Below the pieces are notes generated by a model. The model was not told the origin of the DNA, did no database searches, and saw only the letters and a program-made list of their open reading frames with translations. Positions 50,922 to 62,701 of a stretch of 62,701 bases of DNA are shown piece by piece (position 1 is the first letter of the stretch; each line of letters starts with the position of its first letter). A program made the translations under genes and the position numbers. The DNA comes from Gnetum montanum (taxonomy: Eukaryota; Plantae; Gnetophyta): positions 1-62,701 of the forward strand of contig MNCI01000741.1 in the NCBI GenBank assembly GCA_015680685.1, read 5' to 3'.

Positions 50922-53900
50922 GTTAGGCATAGTACATCTTCAAAATACAAATGGTTCACTAGATTGGCAAACTCATTGCCATCCTGATTAACAAATTTGA
51001 ATGCTCCATTGTTGTAGGCCTTAGTGACCAAGAAAGGTCCTTCCCAATTAGCTAAGAATTTGTCCATAGGTTCACAAACAACCTTGAGGACTAGGTTGCC
51101 TTTCTTGATTAGGCATTGATACTAGTTGTGATGGTTTTTCTATTGTTTCTTTTCATGGTATCATTCAATGCGATCAAGTTTTTGCATGTTCTCCTCCTCT
51201 ATTGAGTAAAGGTCTATGATCCTCAACTCATTATTCTGAGCTTCATCAATGAAGTTTACAAGGATCACCTAGAGCGATGGAACCTACAATTCAAGGGGAA
51301 ACCCATAGATGAGACTATAAGGTGTCTTATCTATTTCCATTCAACATGTTGTGCAATAGGCCTAAAGTGTGTAGACTAATTACTCATGCTATCATCATTT
51401 TTTATTACTTAGCATCTTCTTCAAAAGGTTGATGATGACTTTGTTAGTGGCCTTTGCTTTTCCATTTTCCTGTGGGAGGTTGAAGCCCTATCAAAAGGCA
51501 AGAGTGCCTCATAGTTTTTGGGCACTTGTCTAATGCTACTAACATGATCATCCAAGAATTCAAGGTTTATAGTTACCTTATCATTTATGGGTGAAGTCGT
51601 GAGTTGTGTGGCTATAGCTTGACCTTTTGTTGAGGCTTGTGCAACATAGTGTAGGTCAAACTCTACTATTATTACTTTTCATTGTGCAATACGATTGCTT
51701 TTATAGATGTTTGTTGTGATTGTTTAAAGTATGTTATTTTTGCAAATGATGTTGACTTGACTGTGGAAAAGGTAATGCCTCCACTTCTTTAGTGAAAAGA
51801 CTAGGGTAAGGAAATGCTTTTCCACATCATTGTATTTCACTTCCTAGGCTACTAATGCATGGCCCAAGTAGTAAACCAGGATCTCTATACCATCATCTTG
51901 CTTTTGGAAAAGAAAAGAAGTGATGGACATGTCAAAAGTGGCAAGGTAGATGTAAAAAGGTTTATCTCCTTACGGAGGGTGAACAGTAGGAAGTTATGCC
52001 AACTCTTACTTAACATTATCAAATGATTATTAGCATTAAGCTGTTCACTCAAAGTGGGCTTAGCGGGCTACTTTCTTGAGCAGATTCTACATTGGCTGCA
52101 ACTTGTTGGTTAACTATGCAATAAACCTACGAATGAACTACAATATATCTTGCAACCCTCGTAGATCCTTAAGGTTTTTTGGTGGTGCCAATTTTGTTAT
52201 GGCCTTAACCTTGTTGGGATTTATGTGTATTCCTATTTCAAATACTACAAAACTAAGCATCTGGCCCATTTTGACACCAAAAACACACTTCTTGAGGTTC
52301 AACCTAAGATCGTGTTTTAGGCAATACTTAAGCACTCTGTTTAGATCATTTACATGATTGTGAGCCACTTTGGACTTAACCAGGATGTCATCAATGTGAT
52401 CATTGAACAAGCTTAGCCTGTAATTGCTAAAGATGTATGTCATTATCTGTTGATACATTGCTCCTGCATTCTTGAGTCCAAAGGGCATCATGGTATACCA
52501 AAATGTACCCCAGGGGATCATAAAGGTTGTACTAAGTTGGTGCTTAGTGTTGATCCTAATTTGGTTGTAGCCTGATAACCCATCCATGAAGGATAACAAG
52601 GCATGTGTAGCCATGGTATCAATCAGTTGATCAATTTTGGGAAACATGAATTTTTCTTTAATGGTTTCCTTGTTTAGATCCTAAAATTCTATGCAAATGT
52701 CTATGCTTTTATTTTTCTTGGTCACAACTATGATGTTGGAGACCCAGTCTGCATAGTTAATGACCCAAATGAAGCCAGCTTTATAAAGCTTATTCATTTC
52801 ATCATAGATAGCCAACATCATCTCAAGTTGAACCTTGCATGCTTTTTTTTTTACTGGCTTAATATAGGGATCAAGGATGATATTTGAAACACCCAAAAAA
52901 ATTGTGAAGTCATTCTTGCTTCACCTGGCCTCGCAATCTGCATAGCACTATGGTAGTTCTTCAAGAGGAGAATGCTCTAAGTTCAGGCTGGCCAGTTTGG
53001 CAAATTTTCTACTTTGGGCACAAACAGGCCCTACGAGTCACCTTGCCTATCCACCCAAGTAGCCTACCCAACCAACAACCTATTCAGAAATGGTGTGTGG
53101 AGTTGGCAGTAGCATTTTGGATGCACAAAACAATTTGGCAATTTTTCTAAGTCACGAAGTCTGCTATGCTACGCCCCACTACATAGAATAGCAAGCTTCA
53201 AAAAATGATGGCAGGATGAAGTGCTACACTACACTATGCCACATAACGTAGCATAGCAATAGCTTCATCACCACTCCCCTCTTCCAATTTCAAGCTCTAC
53301 AATGATGTCTCTTTTCGCTAGGAAGCGATAGACCATGTCTACTGCTATGCTACATCGAGCTACATGGTGCAGCAAGGCGTAGCAATCTTGCTAAAGAGAC
53401 AGAAGGTAGCTCGAAAGAATAGAATCAAAAGAGTTTGCAAGGCTCACATCATGGGAGAAAAAGTTTGCGAATTAGCAAAAATTTCATGACTAAGGCCAAT
53501 TTCTATGCTACGATATGCTACATAGCATAGCATAGCGTACATGCAACATATAGCAAAATGCATGACAAGGTGCTACACTACGCCAAGCATGCTATGCTAC
53601 AAAGCAACAGTAAGACATGAGGGTAGTTGTGTGACATCAATGCACTTCACCTAATCTAACCATTGACACATGTCTCCAAACGCTGATAGCACAATTATGA
53701 CATGGGAGGCTCACAGTTATTGCATGATGGGTTTGTGTTACAATGGTCCTATAGGCCCAATGATCATGCATGGCCCAAGTGGCACCAGTAAGTCAATGAA
53801 GGCCCAAGGCATGTAGCGTTCAAACTGCCCATTTTTGCATAACCCTGGTCCTATAAATACCCTAGCAAACAACATTCAAAGGATCCAAAAAAAAATTTCA

Positions 53901-54705
53901 AAGGGACTTAAGAGGAGAGCTCACATTTCCTTCAAAGAAGGCCCTAACTTTTGAATTCTGAAGACCTCCTTCCTCTCTCGCATCAAGCATTGTAAGCTTC
54001 CTGTTTGTCACTACAAACAGTTAGCACTTTTAGCTAGCATTTTGTTCTATTCCATTTTTTTACCACCTTGGTAGAATCCCTTCACTTCCAACATTCAAGT
54101 TCGTGCCAAGGTGCACTACCTGCTTTTCTCGACATGTCTTGGTCACTCTCAAAATCTCAGCACTCCATCACACTATGCAACTGATTGTATTCGCCCTAAC
54201 AAAGCAAACTTGTAGTTCCAAAGTAGTGCATGTTTCTAACTACATTTTACCTTCTTCCCTACCTATTGTCTCATTCTACATTATTTTCTATTTTATTCAC
54301 TTTCAAGCATTACTTCACATTATTTTTTCATTTTATACTATTTCCTTTTTGTTTCATTTATCTTCGAGCATTATTCAGCACTCCACCCTACATCAATATA
54401 TATATATGTTGCAAAAGGCTATATTGATGCCAATGTAAGTCCTTGTCTAATCGACCAGACCATTCAGGGCACCCCGTATCCACACACACCTAGCACAGTC
54501 CTTCCGCAGGTATAGGGTTGAGACTGTCACGTCCATCGACCCCTCGGCATTTTCCAGCCGTCGACGTTTTTGGTTGCTACAATATTGTGTTGGACTAGCC
54601 AAGGGGCTAGGCCCAACATGTCTTCATATGACCATGTGAATGCCCTGATGTTATCATTTAGTACCTTGGCAATGTCTTGGGCATGTTGGAGGATCTAGAG
54701 AGGAC
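50922..54705 (-). pseudogene. pol: pol of E (RT, RH, start of aRH fused by deletion to the INT C-terminus), split by solo LTR F
   Basis: FPKIDQLID..LLSFMDGLSGYNQIRI..MPFGLKNAGAMYQ..HIDDILVKSK; YADWVSNIIVVTKKN. Confidence 0.9.
52885..54581 (+). mobile_element. Solo LTR F (1697 bp) with perfect 5-bp TSD ATATT
   Basis: TGAAACACC...GCTACA; ATATT at 52880-52884 and 54582-54586; removing it restores RT sequence colinear with D (gatgatatt|gtg); CTATAAATACC ~53850. Confidence 0.95.
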
Positions 54706-56362
54706 TTGGGATTTGGGCATGTCTCCACTTTTTCATTTTCTTTTCTTCTGCTTTCTACCATTTTGAGGATTTAGGATTTGGGAGTGTAGTTGTTGGGGTG
54801 CCCTACCATAGTAGAGGCCACCACCGCCATGGGCTATTTTGGCCACCATAGCTAGAGAGCGTGTGCACAGTCATGGAGTGTTTTGTGTGATGAGGCCATG
54901 GATTTTTCTTTGCATGTGGGGGTTTTGCATGGGGTTCTATTGCAAATTCTTTTTCTTTTTATGGGTTTGTGGCATTGGGGCCAAACATAGGCCACACCCC
55001 GCAACATGGCCATGGCCAAAGGTAGAGGGTGTGCATTTATATCATTTTTTTGGTGTTTTAAGGTGTGGTTGTAGGGATGCAAGAGCTCTAGAAATAGTCA
55101 AGAGTGGCTCACAATAGGGAAAGGGGCATGACAAGGGTTTGCCCTATGATTTTTTATGTTTTTGAAAAAAATTTATATTTTGTGTGGTGTGGGGAATGTT
55201 CAGGCACATTGGTGGCCATGAGGGGCCATGGCATAGAGGTTTTCAACTTTTTTTCTTTAAAATTTTTTCATGTGGTGAGGCAACGATCGTGATTGTGGCT
55301 ACAGCCATGGTGAAACTAGCTTGCACAATAGTAGTAGAACATAGCAAGGAACATGACAAAAAATGCAGCAACGATTTCGATTCTAGCACACGGTAGCAAT
55401 AGTGATGATAGCAACACAATGGTACCAACATAGCCAAGCATGGCACTGAGTAAGCACAGCATAGATATGGGTGATAGTAGCAAATAATGGAGGTAGGAAA
55501 GGTATGGAGGAGTAATCATGGGTAGACATGGATGAATTTGGATGATCATGATTACAAGCAAGGCATAGCCTAACGGAAATCAACATGGGATGGAAGAAGG
55601 CCAACTATTGAAGGCATAGTTGTGACAACAAGTAAGTGGGTGTGGTACGTGATGGTGAGATGGGTGCACTGGGCATCATAGTAAGGTGTGGTGTGCAAAG
55701 AGAATTAGAGCAATCACCAAGACTTTTCTTTTTAGTACCGTACCCAGGACTACGCTCGTCATGCCTTGGAGGCATAGTTGAAATCAAGTGTTTGGAAAAA
55801 TGGGATCTACCCCCAAAGTTAGTTTTTTCTTCAAAACTAGAGAGTGTAGTTGGAAGTTAGAAAATTTCAGTCTATGACTATGCTCTCCACATTTTAGAGC
55901 ATAGTTGGGGTGTTCCTAGAGTTAGAAAAACTCGATCCTCTTCCTAGACTATGCTATCCACTGAGATAGTCTAGTGTTAGGAAATTTTTTTGCAATATTC
56001 CAAACTACGTTGTTCAAAGTTAGAAAAGATTTTTGCAAAAATTCTATAAATCGTGCATAATGTTAAAATAGAAAAATGTAATAATGCTAAATGTATGAAA
56101 ACATGCTAATTCTAAAACTATGAAACTTTTGAAATGAAATCTTATGCAAATGTGTTGTACCCCAATGAGTACTAGATGCGTCAAATAAGTTGGTTGACAT
56201 CCTATACCCATAGGACCCCAAGGTGTATTGTCAAAATTAAAAACATTTTACTAGTCTATGCTATGTTGTGTTAATTTTTCCAACTTAATTAATAATTTTA
56301 TTTCACAATTTAAATCTATGTGTGTATACTAATGTTTTTTCTTTGTTACTTGGATATTGTAG

Positions 56363-57828
56363 GGTGCTACTAAAACCTATCTTGATTGTCGTGGAGCTTC
56401 TGGGTATCTTGTTGTATGAGTGAACCTATTTCTAACACTCCTACACTAGATATGTGGGTGGGTGTTCAAGTAGTATGGTTTTGACTAGGGACTTGTGAGT
56501 TCCTAGAGTACCTACTACAGTAGTTTAGTATGATCATGTGATCACACTTGGCAATGGAGGCTACTAGTGCCATCACTGAGACATTGTTTCCTGGGGCTAA
56601 TGAGGACATCTTGAGGTAAATCTCAGATGATGTGGGTAGAGGCCCTAGGAGTGCCTATTGCCTATCCAGGATATGGTGCATGATAGGGTTTAGTTGCTAC
56701 AACAAGAACAACACCCTCTTTGTTACACTATAGGTGCACATCCTATTCCAAAACCCACTTGGAATTGTCTACTATGCTAGAGGGTAAGTTCTTTTCTTAC
56801 TTTCACAATTTGTTTCTTGCTACTTGCCCATGTCACATTGCTAATGCCACATGCTTAATGCCAGATTCAAAGTTGATGAGGAGGGTCTATATGATGAGGT
56901 GGATGCTCTTAACTTGACCCATACTACCTTAGAGGTATTCTCTTCTAGCTCGAATATTCAAGTAGTTGTACTTGAGTGGGTGGGGTCTGATTTGGAGGTC
57001 TACCCCACTTGATACCCAATGTCATATGAGTGGTGTAGGACCCATAACTACTTGGATGAGGAGTGGGCCACTGATGTGATCAACACCAAGGAGATTCTTA
57101 TAGTACCACCCCCATCTTGCATCCCATTTGTACCACATATGCATCTAAGTTTTAGGTTATGTTCTTGGTCATGTATTGCCTATTAGTTTGCCTTTTGCAT
57201 GATGCTAATGTTTTTTTTCCTTTTTTGTAGTGGAAGTTACTTTGGGTGATGTGAAGATGATCACCATAGGTCACACAAAGAGCACCCTCATCATGAAATA
57301 TGGTGATGTGGAGGGTGTGCAACATTGGCTGTGCCACAAGGCCTCTAATGCACTAATAGCTAGGATTACACATGTAGGGTTGATGGACCTAGTTTTGGTC
57401 CTTAGCCTAAGTATTTTGGTGGTCAAAATGGTCATCATCATTAACTCATTGAGCAGCAACATTAGGAAGTTTTTCATCCATGTGCACGGGGTGACAGTAG
57501 TGCTTAACCTCAGTGAAGCCTTCTTTGTTGACCTCTTTGGCCTCCCCACTAATGTCTTGATGATTGTTGATAAGGCTAACAAGTAGGTGAACCATAGAGG
57601 GGAGATCAAGGATTGGTTGGGGGCCCTCTGATCTCACAAGAATATTTCAATTAAGGATGTGCTTGTGCCTGAGGTACAAGAGCTCTACCCTAATACATTC
57701 TCAAAGTTTCTCTCCCAAGGAAAGATATTTGGGATGGAGTAGGCATGAGTGATGAAAGAGGTGCTACTAGAGGGCACAAGGTTCAATTAGGCTACCTATA
57801 TCACTAGTGTACTAACCTAAATCATTAG
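56363..57828 (+). pseudogene. Second, diverged copy of the antisense passenger gene (exons 2-4), truncated by insertion of G
   Basis: Exons 56363-56783, 56865-~57155, 57231-57828, with peptides alignable to exons 2-4 of B and the same intron positions. Confidence 0.8.
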
Positions 57829-59566
57829 TGTAAGGCTGGAAAGGAAAACAAACACTGAAAGATCATTGGGCAGACACAGCTGCCTGTGCCTTCGCTTGAG
57901 GGCAAGCTGGGAAAGAAAATGAAGGTAGAGTGCCTTGGATGGTCTACATGTAAATCAACCAAGGACTTTCCCAAGCAAAAACTATGGCTTGTGCTAGGAT
58001 TATCGTAACTGATTTTTGAAATGTAAACATTAAATGTGCGTATAAAATGTAAACAGAAACGTATGCAGGATTGGTATTGTAAACAAAACATGAATAGAGT
58101 GTAAACTGAATGTAAAATAGAGTAAACAGTATAATGGCTGGCAAAATGAGCTATATTGTATTGCATAGAAAAGATGTGCACCGGTCAAAGTGTAGCTACA
58201 TGTGTAGATGGTAGGTCAAGAGCCAAGCCCTGGGGTGATGTGATGGGATGTGATGTCATGTGTTTCAAAAGTGCTTGGATGCTGTTAGTCAAAGTGTGCT
58301 GAGCACCAAAGGACTACTGGTCTGAGTTTTCTGAGCCCTTTAACTTCAAAAATTCCCAACCTAGTTTACATGAATTGATAGGGTATTTATAGGATTGGGC
58401 CAGACTCGGGCATGGAATTCGTGAATGGAATCAATGGCTAGGAGATGAGAGGAAAATGGATCAAGTAACACGTGTTGGCTGGACAGTTGTGCATGAGTTG
58501 GGTATGTGTCAGCAAGCTACGTTCCTGAACAAATTCATCATATCTTATAATGTATGCATCACTTTAGCCCATGAAAGTGCATAGAATTTAGAATCTGAGG
58601 GCTCAACAAGCCCACAAATCAAAATTTACAATGTAATACAAAAAAAATTGATCCTGGCTTCCTTGAAATTTCTAGATCTTGGGTTTGACCACTTTGATTG
58701 CTGTAGGATGCCTAACTGGATGCTAAATTGAGCCTGAAAGTGGCATGCTTTGACCCATTTTGAGTAGGTCATGCTATATCTCACGATGTATGTCATGCTG
58801 CAGCGTGACATGTCTTGGACCACTTTGAGTAGGTCATGTTGTATGTCACGCTACAACATGACATGCAGCGTGACATATGAAATCTCGCAAAAAACTTGCA
58901 ATTTTGAGTTGGAATCTAGCATTCCTGAAGGCTAGGATCCATAGTTGTCAATAGTGGACCCTAAGGATGACTTGCACACTTGAAATCAAGTCATTTTGAC
59001 TCAGTTTTGAGGCTCTGAAAGTTGGTCATGCTGAAGTCATGTTGTAGCATGACATGCAGTGTGACATGAAAAAACTATGTAATATGGCTTGAATTTTGGA
59101 CTCCTGAATGCTGAGACTTGGAGTGGACATCAATGGCTTTTGAGGATGGCTTGCACCCTCAGATTTGGATCATTTTTTACTTGAATTTGAAACTATTGGA
59201 GTTGCTCACACTAAGGGCAAGCTAGCTTGACAACATGAGCAAGGTGGACCTAAGTTCCATGCCTTAGTCAAATTTTGCCTCCCAAAAGCTCGAAAGGGCT
59301 TTAGTCATTTTCAAAGTGCTAAGTTGAAATTAGTGGTTTTTCATTGGGTCCTCTTTGTTGACTCCTGGAGGAATCCACCTGAGAGGCATTGACAAAGAAG
59401 TGCAAAACACCATGAACAACTAAGCATAAAGCTTTAACCATCGACCCTTAATCGAATGTCATTGCACCATTTTCAAAAGTACATGGGATCGAGGGAATGT
59501 GGTTCAAGATGCAAGGGATTATAATTGGGGGAAGTCAAGAGTTGATCAAGAGCTATGATTTCTGCC
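57829..59566 (-). mobile_element. Element G: 3' LTR 57829-59343 + PPT + distal 3' UTR, interrupted by H
   Basis: tgtaagg...ggtttttca termini; gggtatttatagg at ~58381; PPT ttgggtcctctttgttgac. Confidence 0.8.
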
Positions 59567-62065
59567 TGTAACGACGGGAAACATCGGCAACTAGAAATAC
59601 CGACCGAAATTCCGTGTACACAGCTTTAACCATGGAACCGCACGAGGGCTAAGCTGGAAAAACGAATCCGTGGTGCCCTGAACGGTCTTGTCGATCAGAC
59701 AGGGACTTACGGGTCAGTAAAAGCGATGATGATTATGGATTTTTGCGTGCCGTGATTTGGTGCGAGAGATCGTAAAACGGGAGGAAAAGGACGTAGATGG
59801 ATCGCTACGAAGATAACGCCAAAACGCCGAAAATATGCTAATCGGGAGAGAGAAAAAAAAAAACGTGTACGTCGCAAAGATCAAAGATCTATGTTTCAAT
59901 GTTGGATCGGATGTATGCTTGTGTATATTACGTTACAATGGGAGAAAAACCCCCCAACAACTGGATACAAAATGAGCACAAAACAACAAGAAAACTGTGT
60001 GGACAGAAGTCTGATCTACCTTGTAGGCCCAAAGCTTAGATGCAGGAATAGTCAAGCTCTGAAGTCTGTCGATCTTTTGAACGATAGAACTTGCTAACTG
60101 GGCGAGACGACTCCGCAATTCCCGTTCTACTTCTTTGCTTCGAGTAGATCCGCTGTTAGGGCTCAGGTGTGCTGTGTTTTGTTTCTGCTAAAGGATGGTG
60201 TTTGCAGCGATTACCAAAGGATGCTCTTGTTTCTCTGCTCAAGGCGATAAGTATGCCCTTGCTCAGAAAATGCTCTTGTCCTCTTGATCTGCTGCCAACG
60301 AAAAGCGATCTGTGCTCTGGTGCTCTGGTTTGTTAACTTGTCAACTGCTAACTCCCCCACCGGATCTCTCCCCTTTCTTTTTTTTTGTATATTTGTCAGC
60401 CGGGGTATTTATAGGCTGCGACACGCGCAACCCTGATGATGTGGGCCCGAATGTCGCGGATCCTGTCGACGCGATTCTTTTAAGTCGAACTGCGACTACG
60501 CACAACACGCTCGTTTGCGTGCTGTGCGTGTAAAGAGAAGGCCCATGATAGGCATGTCTCGGCTGCGTTTGCGCTCATTCGCATTGTGTTGCGTGTATGA
60601 ACGCAACCTAGGTGTAACAACAACGCGCTTACGCGCATCACGCAACTGTGCGTGACGCAGCGTAAATGTAACATACACTCTCCACGCAGCTAAGCGCGGT
60701 GGAGTGTAATTAAAGTGTCACTTACGCTCATCACGCAACTGTGCGTGACGAAGCGTAATGAGCGCGTGCTTGCATTCTAACCTACGCACGAACACGCATT
60801 GCCGCGTAACGCACGTAAAGATCAGTTGTTTAAGCGTTGCGAGAACAAGTGCCAACCCGTCGTGTTTCTCTGGATTTTGCTTTTAACTGTCTTGGAGCCT
60901 ATTACACTCATTATGCTGCCGTGCGTGATGGAGCGTAAACTTGTCCTTAGACAGATTTGAGGCGCGTTCTCGCTCAAATTACGAATCTTCGCCTGAGGCC
61001 GACCTGTAATTTTCACGGTGTTTCAATGGCCCCTCTTTGTTGACGGTTAGAGGGCTTACCCGAAAAACGTCGACAAAGAATGCGAAACACCGGATTGGTA
61101 GAAGCAAGAACAACGTTCATCCATGACTACTTAGGTGCTGCTCTGTTTACATAAAAGGAAGGCTGGCGAGTATGAGAGGTAGAAGGGTGTAACTGGAAAC
61201 AGGTTCAGGAAGATGCAAACGGTGTGTTTATTTATGTCAACAGGAATGCTTTCAGACGAGCGTAGCGTGTCAATCTGAGATATCTCTGTTACAAATTGTA
61301 GCAGGAATGCGTGCAAAAAGGAGCATTGCGCATCACTTTTGCGATGTCTCTGCTAGCGTGAGTACGAAAAATGAAGATTTGCGTATGTGAATGCTGCGTA
61401 TGGGAACTGGGTGGGGAAGAAGGAAACAAAGATTAAGGTTAGACGCGTGTCGGGAAGAAATGCGCAAAACTGAGTGGGTGAGCAAACCTGAGCAGCCATT
61501 TTAGCACGCTGTTGTACTTCGCCGCTCAGATGGACGCACCTTTGGGTGACATCTTCTCAAGAAAACAGAGGAAACCATTGCTGCTAAACTAAAGGCAAGA
61601 TGTTCTTGAAACCAATGCTGTCTGATGTTAAATAAATGAGCTGAAAAGAAGGAGCCGGGGCACGCGGGCGGAACCGCCAATTCTGATGATTCGGCGCTGC
61701 ATATCTTCTCCAAGAGGTATCAGACATAGTGCAGCTAACTGGTTGCACTGGGAACCGGCCAGATGAATTTGGGAGGCCGGCGTCTGATAGCGATGATTGG
61801 CGAGGATTCCCGAGGCCATTGTCGACGAGGATTTCGTCGGAGCTCCGACTGTCGAGGCTAAACTCTCAGAGGTGCTACCACTGCAGCGGGTGCGGTGGCG
61901 GCATCTCCGAGGGATCAGTAAGATGCCTCTTTTCTTAACCGAGGAATCAGTAGGATTCCGGTGAGGTGGCGATGCGGGTATTGCTTCAGTAGCCCACCCC
62001 GTCTGTTGTGCACCTGTAGAGGAGTGATCACGCTCGCTTGAACATGGTGGCGATCTGTATATCCC

Positions 62066-62540
62066 AGTTTTAAGTCTTGGAAGACTGCCGTTACTGGTTT
62101 TAAGTCTCAGCAGACCATGGTCCTAGTTTAAAGTCCGGGCAGACCGAGAAGTGCTAGTTTTACATCGTAGCAGACGGTGGTAAGGCTGGTTTATGGTCTC
62201 AGCAGACCGTGCTGTGGAGGTCAGTTTTATGTCATGACCCAGGGACAGAGTTGTGCTGGTTTTACGTCTCAACAGACGGCTACGTACCTGTGCCAGTTTA
62301 GCGTCGTGGTGGACGCGTGCAAAAGGTGCCAGTTTTTTGTCTTGGAAGACCTGTACAACGTTGCCAGTTTTACGTCGTAGCGGACGGTTACCGTTTGCCA
62401 GTTTAGCGTCGTGGCGAACGTGTGCAAAGCATGCCAGTTTTACGTCGTAGCGGATGCGCAGTGCTAGTTTTACGTCGTGGCGGACGTTCAGTGCCAGTTT
62501 TACGTCATAGCGGACGAGCAGTGCCAGTTTTACGTCATAG
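62066..62540. repeat. ~30-bp tandem array in the 3' UTR of H (undecayed form)
   Basis: gtgccagttttacgtcgtagcggacg units. Confidence 0.9.
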
Positions 62541-62583
62541 CAAACGAGCACTGTCATACCTGTTGTCGACACTGTAGATGCTG

Positions 62584-62701
62584 CTAGATGAAATACTGCT
62601 TCAGGTATACATGATTTACAGGGTTTGTCAATTCGTTGCCGTTGATGTCTGCTAACTTGAACGCTCCGTTGCTGTATGCGTCGGTTACCAAGAAAGGGCC
62701 T
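62584..62701 (-). CDS. pol: Integrase C-terminal tail of H (partial)
   Basis: GPFLVTDAYSNGAFKLADINGNELTNPVNHVYLKQYFI*; GPY/F motif, no chromodomain. Confidence 0.85.
   Translation of the reverse strand, partial: GPFLVTDAYSNGAFKLADINGNELTNPVNHVYLKQYFI

Larger units (their letters stand above)
47121..57828 (-). mobile_element. Element E: same subfamily as D (3' LTR 47121-48831, PPT, 3' UTR, deleted pol, spacer, antisense gene), interrupted by F and G
   Basis: LTR and 3' UTR colinear with those of D; PPT ttggcccctctt at 48832; spacer 54720-56150 matches D 45540-47120. Confidence 0.85.
59567..62701 (-). mobile_element. Element H: young element of the A1 subfamily (3' LTR 59567-61025, PPT, 3' UTR, INT tail), continues off the right edge
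   Basis: LTR highly similar to 2206-3825; PPT AAAGAGGGGCCAT at 61026-61038; CpG-rich. Confidence 0.92.

Noticed and set aside
2206-61025. LTRs 2206-3825 and 59567-61025 as the two ends of one 59-kb element
   Set aside because: The left LTR has its PBS and gag on the outside (left) and the right LTR has its PPT and INT on the outside (right); they belong to two separate insertions of one subfamily.
61400-62040. Extra ORF in the GC-rich 3' UTR of H
   Set aside because: Only short frames (70 aa or less) in an otherwise young element, with no recognisable motifs.
62066-62540. Repeat/variable-spacer array resembling CRISPR (also 21165-21466, 40370-40770, 50490-50880)
   Set aside because: ~30-nt period with only ~11-nt, mutually related spacers, no cas genes, eukaryotic retroelement 3' UTR context.

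Overview
Plant nuclear DNA with three assembly gaps, almost entirely nested Ty3/Gypsy LTR retrotransposons. Most belong to one Tat/Ogre-type lineage (tRNA-Asn PBS, pol order RT-RH-archaeal RH-INT, no chromodomain), labelled A1, A2, B, C, D, E, G and H plus solo LTR F. There are also an Athila-like remnant and a chromovirus-like remnant followed by a Transposase_32-like/coiled-coil extra ORF. The main discovery is a ~10-exon ANTISENSE gene with its own TATA box, lying between protease and RT of element B (12600-19646, minus strand). A diverged homologue with the same intron positions lies antisense in element E (56363-57828). By manual translation it encodes an FCP1/NIF-type HAD phosphatase-like domain whose catalytic Asp motif is altered in both copies, then a PMD/Transposase_32-like domain, an acidic tract and a coiled coil. 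The elements also carry arrays of palindromic CTACG-core motifs and a conserved hairpin around the PPT. All domain calls come from reading the sequence by eye; no database search was run, and boundaries marked ~ are approximate.
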